64,000 bases of DNA from Octopus sinensis. Taxonomy: Eukaryota. The DNA is taken from positions 3,100,001 through 3,164,000 of the forward strand of contig NC_043019.1 in NCBI RefSeq assembly GCF_006345805.1, read 5' to 3'. How positions within the stretch are numbered: position 1 is the first letter of the stretch; each line of letters opens with the position of its first letter. Shown here piece after piece: positions 53,290-64,000 of the stretch. The notes beneath the pieces were generated by a model, which saw only the letters and a program-made list of their open reading frames with translations, was not told the DNA's origin and ran no database searches. The position numbers were made by a program, and so were the translations under genes.

Positions 53290-53320
<31 letters not shown>

Positions 53321-53410
53321 CATACATACATACATACATACATACATACATACAAACATACATACATACATACATACATACATACATACATACATACATA
53401 CATACTTATA
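51380..53410. repeat. Compound microsatellite field: (TA)n, (GT)n, (GA)n, (GATA)n, (CATA)n
   Basis: Directly visible; explains the long low-complexity ORFs. Confidence 0.95.
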
Positions 53411-54292
53411 ATTATAGTGCCTCTGGCTACCTACATATCAAAGTTCCATATTAGACTCTAGGTATTTGAACTTTTTTTTTACACGTCGTGTCTGCAAATC
53501 GATACTAGCTCTGTCTTTTTGTTCATTATTGCTGTGGCTCGCTTTTTGATGTGATAGCTCTGAGTCAAATATAAACCACTGTCTTCTGATCTATTATTAA
53601 TATAAAGAATAGCTCAAGTTCAGAGAGAGACCATTGAAAATCACTCTGCTCATTCCTAGCTAATTTCGTTTTTAAATGTACTTCGAAAGAGAGAAAGTTG
53701 CAGGGATTTTTTTAATTATGGCTGTGCTTGGGATAGTGTATATGCTGGCATATTCTTCTTTTAAAGGAGTCTTCTATGAAGACAATGTATGATACACTAA
53801 TGCTGCCATCTTTTGTTTTAGTGGTTTGTTGCAAATACAGCAGCCTTCACTGGTTAGCCATGGGAAACGACAGTTCTTTTTGACGATTGCTTCCGTGATT
53901 AAGTAAGGAAATTATTCTTGTTACACGTAGGTGTTAGCTTTTGCATTGTTTTTATTGAATAAACAACGAGGTTTGTTGCCTTCGTGTTTATTGATTAAGA
54001 AATTATATGGTTTCTGCGCTCAGCAAAAAAACAAAAATTGTTCTTGCTGGAGGCTGGCTTGATCAGAACGTATCTTCTCTTTTTCTGGTGCATGGTTGTA
54101 TTTATTTATATATATATATATATTTCTTTTAAACTATATCTTGCTTTCAAGTGTCTAACTTCAGCTATTCCGTTTCTGAAATAATTACGCATGAGTGCCT
54201 GATTTTGCTTGTTTTCGGCCTCATGAAAGTGTTTCCATCAAATCATCGAAAGAGAGACTGTTTATGCGTCTGTTTATCTATCTATGGCTGTT

Positions 54293-54339
<47 letters not shown>

Positions 54340-54341
<2 letters not shown>

Positions 54342-55300
54342 GGCGCTGAGGTCACTTCTTGGAGACAACGAGTAACCATGTACTCCCGCCCCTCTCAGTC
54401 ATGGTCGAGTCGTCGGCGACTAAACCGGCTCCCCTCTTGGTTCACCTTGCTGGATCTTGGAGGAGGGTGTGAAGGGACCCATCAGAACTAAAAACAAGAT
54501 CTGTTCAAACAAGGGCACAGGAGTGCTGTCCCTGTCCCTCACCACACCAAACTAAGACCCCAGTGGTGTATCAAGCGGAGGAAGCTAGATCTCCGAACTC
54601 AACGATTGATTCTAGCGGAAGAGGGCGATATCAGACGGACTGGCAAGTAAGGCGCAAGTCTAATGACACTGGAGCCAGCGACACTCCGTTACAACCCATC
54701 TTCCGGACCTCGCATCTCACTCTAGGTTAGTGGTTTTCAACCAGGGTTCCGCCAGTACAGTCCAGGGGTTCCGCAAGAAGTTACAAAACTGTTAAAATCG
54801 GCAGTAATTTTTAATTCTCCTGTGCAGATATGTGTGCATAAGACTATAAAATTATTGCACAGGGGTTCCTCGAGCCAGTGGAATGTTTCCTTGGGGTTCC
54901 GCTCCAGCAAAAAGTTTGAAAAGCACTGATCTAGGTAGTGCCGTGGCAGAAGGATTTTGAGCCAAAGTGCCTTGACAAGGTGATCTCCACCTTAAACAAA
55001 CTCACGCCATTGGTTGGTTTCTTTTTGATCCAGCTCTTCCTTTCCCAAAGACTATGGGGTAAGGACGGTGGGAGCAGGTTTGGTGAAACCAGAAACTCAA
55101 TCCAGACTTGTATCTTGGCGGCAGATTCCAGATGGTCGCCTTCCTGGGATTTGGTGAGAACCCAGGGATTCGGTCCTACATCTGCGACTGGGCAGGCCTA
55201 TTTGGGGACACCGCTACTTACCCTGAATGGGGAAGGCCCTAGCTTGACCCAACAAAACGTTGGGTCAGGCAAACGTGCCTTGACTACAAATCCGTAACCT
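54340..55300. mobile_element. Unclassified GC-richer interspersed-repeat-like segment abutting a (CT)n tract and interrupted by a hAT MITE
   Basis: Sharp compositional shift, a (GA)n tail if read on the minus strand, no convincing ORF, and a 12-bp stem-loop at 55242-55270. Confidence 0.35.
54728..54928. mobile_element. Second copy of the hAT MITE, opposite orientation
   Basis: Reverse complement of 51037-51236; TSD ctctaggt/atctaggt (7 of 8). Confidence 0.88.
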
Positions 55301-56026
55301 CGCGGCGCATTAGAAAAATCAATTTTTTCAATTTTTAAAAAATTTCCATTAACTTTCTTAAACTTGGTTAAAATTGCATATACTTTATTTTAAAATATTC
55401 GTTGTATTATATATAACCTTTCTTTTCATATCAACTTTATAGCATAATAATTAATAATTATAATAATAATACAATCTTTTTATCATTTCAGTCACATTTC
55501 AGTCACCTACCCTTATTTATTCTCTCCTACTCTCCTTTCTCTGCTTGTTTACACACTCTCCCTCTCCTACATATATTCTCTTACCCTTTCTATCAGCCGT
55601 CCTCTCTTTATATATCTATATCTTTCTATCTGTCTGTCTGTCTCTTTCTCTCTGTCTTTCCCTCTGCCTTCTGCTTTCTTTTCTCTCTCCCACTTCCTCT
55701 TTCTATGTTTGTTTACTCTCTTTTCAACTTATTTTACTCTTACTTATCCCCTCCCACTCTCTTTCTGTCTATATTTGTTTACTCTCTCCCCTTTCTATCA
55801 GTCATCCCCTCTGTATCTCTCTCTCTCTCCCTTCTTCTTCTTCTTCTTCTTCTTCTTCTCCCACATCTGTTTGCTTTTCTTTCTCCTACTCGTCCTCTTT
55901 CTATGTTTGTTTATAGCCCATACTCCTACCACCACCAAAATTCGCGGTATACAGAAAAGTAATATAATGCGCTCCCTCTCTGAAATAGTAAAAGCATTCA
56001 CAAAAATTACTCTCTTTTTATATATA

Positions 56027-56072
<46 letters not shown>

Positions 56073-56086
56073 AATATATATTAATA

Positions 56087-56126
<40 letters not shown>

Positions 56127-56431
56127 TATATATATATATATATGTATATATAGTATTTTTTACGTATTTTTGTATTCTTATTCGTGTAACATAGTCCGTT
56201 TTCCGTCATTGTTTTGTATACATTCGAGCTTTCTTCCAAGGAATCTAATGCGCTTGGCTTAGATTTTTCCTTTGGGGCTGGCCAGGTCGGAGAATCTCAA
56301 GATTAATCAGCCGAAATTGCGAGGATGATCCGGTTCTTCACTGAAGATTGAAGGCTTCGAATGTCCCGTCTGTGTTTTTGTATCGTCTTCTAATGTTTTG
56401 CGTTCTGTCCCAGTCCCAGTTTGTATTTTTT

Positions 56432-56468
<37 letters not shown>

Positions 56469-57152
56469 TTTATATTATCATATGATTGAACGTCACGCAT
56501 TCTCTTCCAAGTTTAATAATTCTGATGCGCACTCTATACTATCTTGTTACTCTTTCGTATTTCTCTCTTTTTCTCTCTCTTAATCTTTTACCTCCACTTC
56601 TCACACTATTCTATCCTATTACTCTGTCACTCTCTCCCTCATTCCCCCACTTTGTTCACGTGGCTCCCACGTGACCATCGGCCATGTTTCTTTCTCTTTG
56701 TTGTAGCTGGAACAAAGAAGACGTGTTCCTGTTTGTCTCCTGTCCTAGCGTGATTCACGCGTTCGCCATCACAATCTCATTCAGGCTTAGCAGCGCTTCT
56801 TGTTTGTTTTCCCTGTCCTATTCGTGTTACCTATTTTGACCCTCTGCAAAATATCAAATCTTATTTAATTTGCTTTGCGCGAGGAGCTGTTTTATCGAAA
56901 GCCTATATTGTTGTTAAATGCTCGAAATACGAAACTAGAAAAACAGCCAACAACTGATAAAGGTGCGTTCTTTATGTTCTTTGTTTTGTTTTCCATTTGC
57001 GTCTCTCGTTGTTCGAAAGAATAGTTCATGTTCTATGCACTCGTGCTTCGTACTTTTTTGTCGTAACGTTTCAAGACGTCTGTTCCCCAATTACACACAC
57101 ATACATATATACGTACAATATATATATATATATTATATATATATATATATAT

Positions 57153-57183
<31 letters not shown>

Positions 57184-57186
<3 letters not shown>

Positions 57187-57386
57187 CCCTGTGAGTACCG
57201 CTGGCGATTTTGTTTCCCTCGTCGTCCCCTGTCTCGGGATCTTTCCTTCTATGTTTCCGACGAAGAGCTCCGCTCGAAACGTTAAACCCCTCCTTCTTTC
57301 CTTTTTCCTGAGCGTCCAATAATACTTTATTTGTTCCACGTCCTCGCGCTGTTGTATTTTTTGTGTTTTCTTGTTTGGATTAACTT
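57184..57386 (+). mobile_element. Short (TA)n-embedded element resembling a Penelope-like pseudo-LTR with a minimal hammerhead-like motif
   Basis: gttt-CCGACGA-a-gagc(tcc)gctc-GAAA-cgtt-aaac at 57253-57287, flanked by (TA)n on both sides. Confidence 0.5.
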
Positions 57387-57395
57387 TATATATAT

Positions 57396-57441
<46 letters not shown>

Positions 57442-57760
57442 ATATATATATATGATTTATTTATATATATATATATATTTATATATATAACGTATGTAAT
57501 ATGCATATATATAAATATACATATATATTGATACACTAAATAATTAATGGATATATATGTGTGTGTGTATGTGGTTAAAATGACCCTTTATATGTATATT
57601 ATATATATATATATTATATATATATATATGTATATATATATATGTATATATACATTACATCACACACAGACACACCACAGACACACACACGCAGAAGAAT
57701 GTTTTTCAGAATATTATCATATAACTTACGTATCTCTTAGTTTATTATAATTATTAATTC

Positions 57761-57793
<33 letters not shown>

Positions 57794-58008
57794 CCTCGTG
57801 CATTCTCTCTATTTCTGTTTCTCTTTCTTTCCCTCTCTCACTCTCTGTATATATATGTCTATGTGTGTACATGTGTACGATTATATACATATGTATTATA
57901 TAGGAATTCGTAAAGCTATATGTATAGATTATATTGTGAGTGTATATTATATAATAGTTACATGTCTGTGGTTGTGTAGTATATATGTATGTATGTATAT
58001 ATATATTA

Positions 58009-58040
<32 letters not shown>

Positions 58041-58560
58041 CAATATATATGTATATATATATAAATTTATATATATATATATATAAATTATATAATATAT
58101 ATATATATATATAAACATATACATATATATATATGTGGTTGTATGTATAAACACATACAGACACACACCATCCAACGTATCGCACACGCAAACAAACGTG
58201 TATTGTAAAAATACACCAACTATTTATCTTTCAGTTTATCTTCTTCTCTGTCAATATTTGGTGTCAAAATCCATTTAAAAGTTGTTTAGTTACTTTTGAC
58301 GCCAAAAAAGACGATGTTTTATCTCTGATGTCTGACGTAAGATAAAATTCAAACAAACAAATACTCAGTAAACAGAACAAATGGAACTTATTGTTGGAAC
58401 GACCCCCGACTATCTCTCTCGAATTTTGTCTTTCTTTCTCCGTTTCTATCCACGTTCCTTTCTTTTTCTGTCACTCACTTCATGCTTGTTTCTATCTATG
58501 TTAATGATTAACAGAAACCAATTTAAGTTTCATAAACAATTTTATTTTGCTATATGAACA

Positions 58561-58724
58561 GGCGTCGGAGTATCTGTGTGGTAAGTAGCTTGCTTACTAA
58601 CCACATGGTTGCGGGTTCAGTCCCACTGCGTAGCACCTCGGGCAAGTGTCTTCTATTATAGCACGGACTGACCAAACCCTTGCGAGTAGATTTGGTAGAC
58701 GGAAACTGAAAGAAGCCCGTCGTA

Positions 58725-58773
<49 letters not shown>

Positions 58774-58990
58774 ATATGTTTGTGTGTCTGTGTTTGTCCC
58801 TCCAATATCGCTTGACAACCGATGCTGGTGTGTTTACGTCTCCGTAACTTAGCGGTTCGGCAAAAGACCGATAGTATAAGTACTAGGCTTCCAAAGAATA
58901 AGTCCTGGGGTCGATTTGCTCGACTAAAGGCGGTGCTCCAGCATGGCTACAGTCAAATGACTGAAACAAGTAAAAGAGTAAAAAGAGAGT
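58561..58990 (+). mobile_element. SINE family A, full length
   Basis: tRNA-like head ggcgtcggagtatctgtgtggtaag...ggttcagtccc, internal (TA)n and an agtaaaagagtaaaa tail. Confidence 0.9.
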
Positions 58991-59529
58991 AAACAGATGA
59001 AAAACAAGCAAAAATACAAAGCTTTATTTTGAAATTGTGAGTTCAGTTTCTGTTGCCGAACCGCTAAGTTACGGGGACGTAAACACACCAGGATGGGGTG
59101 GGAACACAGACACACAATCAGCCAATGGTTTTCAAATTATGCCACAAAGTTCAGCAAAAGAGACCGATTTAATAAGTAATAGACTTACAAAGAATAAGTT
59201 CTGGAGTTTGATTTGTTCGACTAAAGTCAGAGCTCCAGCATGGCCGCAGTCAAATGACAGAAACCAATAAAAGAGCAAAAGAGTATTACTATTACTATTA
59301 TTATTATCGTTGTTATTATCATTCACACATCTTCCGTAATTCTCAAACAAGACTTTGGATAGTCTTGGCGTGTAGCAAAAGACACTACCCAAGGGACCAC
59401 AGAGCAGATCTGAACTCAATACCACGAAGATTCGTAGCAAGCTTCTTAACCACGCACCAATGCCTGTACAACGCCTGGGTTTGCTTTTACGTACGGAATG
59501 GCAGTCTACAAACTTTCGTTCACTTCGAA

Positions 59530-59785
59530 AGCTGTGTGGTAAGTTGCTTGCTTACCAACCACATGATTCTGGGTTCGGTCCCACTGCGTGGCACCTTGGG
59601 CAAGTGCCTTCTACTATAACTTGGGCCGACCAAACCTTGTGAGTGGATTTGGTTGACGGAAACTGAAAGAAGCCCGTCGTATATATTATATATATATATG
59701 ATTCTGTGTCTGTGTTCCAACCCCACCGTCACTTGTCAACCGATGCTGGTGAATTTACGTCCCCGTAACTTAGCGGTTCGGCAAC
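59530..59785 (+). mobile_element. SINE family A, 3'-truncated
   Basis: Head and body are present; it breaks after ggttcggca. Confidence 0.8.
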
Positions 59786-60312
59786 AGAAATTGAACTCAC
59801 GATAGCATGGCACCATGTCTCTTTCTCTTCTTCGAAAGCTAGCATTCAGAATAGAGGGAACTGGCTTCATAGTTCATAACGCTACTCAGTGAACGCTTAC
59901 CTTTGTCTTACCAGCAGATGAAAAGATAGAGAAGCCATTTATTATCTATAAGCAAGAGCATGAATGATGCAACTGGTTTTGTTTTACATAAGACTAGAAA
60001 TTTGCCGGTCGTGCATTAATATGTAGAGTTCCAACTTAGCGTAGGTTATGAATAAATATGTAGAAATATGTATACTGTGTTATTTGCATATGTATAAGAA
60101 ACCTGCGTATACTAAACATATGGAGATGTCTCTGTATACATACATACATACATACATACATTAATACGTTCATGCGTGCCCAGACATACCTGCATAATTA
60201 TGTATATGTTTGTATATACACACAACGACACATTAATCTCACTCCTTTCACTCTCTCTCTCTCTGTCGTATATACTCACATTTCGATGGATGTATACACG
60301 TATGTATACTGA

Positions 60313-60352
<40 letters not shown>

Positions 60353-60521
60353 TATATATATTATATATATATATAATATATATATAATATGTATATACAT
60401 ATATGCATGCATGCATATGTATACATACCACACACACATATGTTCATATGTATATATGTATTTATATCCATATATATATCCATTTCGATGGATGTATACA
60501 TGTATGTATACTGAGACATAT

Positions 60522-60563
<42 letters not shown>

Positions 60564-61139
60564 TTTTATATATATATATATATAACATGCATGCTTGCAA
60601 GTATACGCACACACACACATATGTTCATATGTATGTTATATATTATGTCCGTATATGTGTATGTGTGTACGTATGTATGTATGTGTGTATGTATGTATGT
60701 ATGTATGTATATATGCTTGTATGTATGTGTGTATGTGTACACATATATGGGCGTGTTTATCACAAGTCTGTAAATATATTCACACAGACACATGCACACA
60801 CACACACATACATATTTGTGTGCGAATGCGTGTTTATGCCTACCTATAGATATATTTGTACGTGCGTGTTTGTGCATGTGTGTGTGTGTGTGAGTGTAGG
60901 TGTGCGCCCGCACGTGTGCATAAGTATGTGTATTACAGATGAAGATAGATGTCCTACTACATGAACAACCAACATAAAACACTAAATGTTCGATAAAGTA
61001 TTATTTATTATCTTCTAGAATATCACTTATTCTGCAAAAATTCACCCGAGTCGTGTCAAAGAAGAATGTTTTATTAAAGACAAATAAGTTTTTCTTCTTT
61101 ATCGCACATACATCTGTATCTATTGCAATCATCAGCAAG

Positions 61140-62180
<1,041 letters not shown>

Positions 62181-62757
62181 TTTCTTTGTGGAATGATAAA
62201 AAAAACATGCAGACGAATGCATATCCACAACACCAAGAGTTGCAAATATGCATAACGCATAGAAAATAGCACTGCTAGGTAATGCACTGTTCATCTGTTT
62301 AGGTAGGGTACTGTCAATACAATGAAAATAAGAAAATTAAAATGAAACACTTGCACGTACCGAAGGCACGTAGAGAACTGCGCTCGGTAGTGCGTTGAAA
62401 GCACGAAACGTAAATATGACTACGGAATAATAATGATTATGGGTTACGGTGAGAATAATTATTTTATAAGTGCTGATATAAGCAATGCTACGCGTGCCAT
62501 ACAAGGAGATTACAAACGCGTGTAAACGTACATGCGTGTACATGTATCTAATCCTTTTTCTCTCTGTATATATATATATATATATATAATATATATATAT
62601 ATATATAATGTGAAATAGAAAGATGAATATCTTGTAGTAGATTAATCAAAAGTTTAACCGATACCTTAGTAGCAAAAATCACAGCAGTAAACAGCACGGT
62701 TGGAGGTACAACCATCTGGCGTTGCAACCGTGCGTTGGTGCGGATAATTGAAATTAA

Positions 62758-62951
62758 AACATTATTGGGAATTGAAGAAATGGAGCTGAACGCAGATTGA
62801 ACAGAAATCGTTTATTTCATTCTACACGTGTTTCGAAAGGCACAAATCGATTTTGGTAATTTGTGCCTTTCGAAACACGTGTAGAATGAAAATAAAACGA
62901 TTTCTGTTCAATCTGCGTTCAGCTCCATTTCTTCAATTCACCAATAATGTT
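62758..62951. mobile_element. Foldback element / long near-perfect hairpin
   Basis: ~90-bp arms (62758-62847 versus 62859-62951) differing mainly by three 1-nt indels; 11-nt loop cgattttggta. Confidence 0.9.
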
Positions 62952-62991
62952 ATATATATATATATATATAATATATTATATATATTATATA

Positions 62992-63216
62992 TTTCTTTTT
63001 GCCCACAAGGGGCTAAACATAGAGGGGACAAACAAGGACAGACAAAGGGATTAAGTCGATTACATCGACCCCAGTGCGAAACTGGTACTTTATCTATCGA
63101 CCCCGAAAGGATGAAAGGCAAAGTCGACCTCGGCGGAATTTGAACTCAGAACGTAACGACAGACGAAATACCGCAAAGCATTTCACCCGGCGCGCTAACG
63201 TTTCTGCCAGCTCGCC
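62992..63216 (-). mobile_element. tRNA-derived SINE family C (central domain resembles Nin/Deu)
   Basis: Minus strand ggcgagctggcagaaacgttag...gagttcaaattcc (B box)...gcctttcatcctttcggggtcgatagataaagtaccag. Confidence 0.75.
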
Positions 63217-63269
63217 TTATATATATATAATTGTGCGCGCGCTTTTGTGTGTGTGTATGTGTGTGTGTG

Positions 63270-63320
<51 letters not shown>

Positions 63321-63499
63321 TATATGTATGTATATGTTTGCATGTGAGTGTATGAATATATGAATAATCGCAGGTGGAAAAGGGATGAAGCGAGGGGAAG
63401 AGAAAATGGAACTTGCCACCAAGGAAAATCGCACTCAAAGAAAAGAAAGGCCAGTAGCGCCTGCAGAGAGCTTCTTTAAATACAGTCGCTGCATGCGAG

Positions 63500-64000
63500 A
63501 CTGCCGATCCCGAGTGGTCCTGTATATCTGCAGCAGATTCTTTGGGCAGCAGACTCGCGGTCGGAGAATCGCGGTTTCGATTCCCAGACAGGGCGTTGTG
63601 TGTGTTTATTGAGCGAAAAACACTTAAAGCTCCACGAGGCTCTGGCAGGGGGTGGTGGCGACCCCTGTTACACTCTTTCGCCCCAACTTTCTCAAACTCT
63701 TTCTTCCTGTTTCTTGTCCCCGACTTCCTACGCAACCGCTGAGCCTGGATGCGCATTCATCCATCCGTCGATGATGTCGGTGTCGGGGGTTGACCTGATT
63801 TTTTTCTGCGGGTCTTACGAATAGCAAAGGACAACGTTTCGGACTTCTCCCATCTTGCGAGCTCTGGGACGAAGACCGTTCGCTCAACAGCAAGTGCAAC
63901 AGCAACAGTAGCAGATGCTGCATCACCATCACTAACTGACACAAATTCTCCAGGCTCATACCCATGGTCTCATGACACCGATGGATGACTACCAGTACCA
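63500..64000 (+). mobile_element. Probable 5' end of a LINE (RTE-like) with a tRNA-like, SINE-shared 5' region; continues beyond the window
   Basis: B-box-like ggtttcgattccc at ~63574 followed by an S/T/A-rich frame (DNVSDFSHLASSGTKTVRSTASATATVADAASPSLTDTNSPGSYPWSHDTDG*). The class assignment is from recollection of octopus repeats and is unverified. Confidence 0.4.

Noticed and set aside
51323-53403. Long YI/CV-rich ORFs (also at 427, 23397 and 57726)
   Set aside because: Microsatellite translations.
56180-57080. Hammerhead-like words (ctgaaga, ctgataaagg) in two other TA-flanked segments
   Set aside because: No properly placed GAAA or closable stems; these are probably Penelope-related repeats, but I cannot support a call.
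58561-58640. tRNA gene
   Set aside because: This is a tRNA-like SINE head with no complete cloverleaf, and it continues into the SINE body.
59901-59946. Possible minus-strand first or signal exon (ttatag|ataataaATGGCTTCTCTATC...|gtaag)
   Set aside because: It has plausible splice sites but no frame gives a good signal peptide ending in phase 1, and its link across the gap is unknown.
60279-60520. 41-bp direct repeat catttcgatggatgtataca... within microsatellite
   Set aside because: Ordinary slippage duplication inside a TA field.

Overview
AT-rich, microsatellite-saturated animal genomic DNA, most likely a coleoid cephalopod (Octopus-like, inferred from the SINE families and repeat landscape). 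No prokaryotic features are present. The dominant feature is a minus-strand spliced gene whose core is a near-perfect ~3.02-kb tandem array (~23960-50268; 8 complete units plus 1 truncated by a 100-N gap). Each unit holds a 570-nt phase-1/1 exon encoding a Cys-clamped, MIDAS-intact von Willebrand factor A (vWA) domain, a 45-nt Pro/Thr linker exon and two introns, all homogenised together. Downstream (leftward) the frame continues through an 18-nt microexon and 60- and 81-nt Pro/Thr-rich exons. The product is a very large multi-vWA extracellular protein; its 5' end is not visible. The rest of the window holds decayed mobile DNA (Hero-like and RTE LINE fragments, a Chapaev3-like and two mariner transposons, tRNA-derived SINEs, two hAT MITEs with 8-bp TSDs), several foldback hairpins, a candidate Penelope-type minimal hammerhead, and a composite (AAT)n minisatellite. 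Most short ORFs in the track are microsatellite or antisense artefacts. Family assignments come from motif recognition, not database searches.
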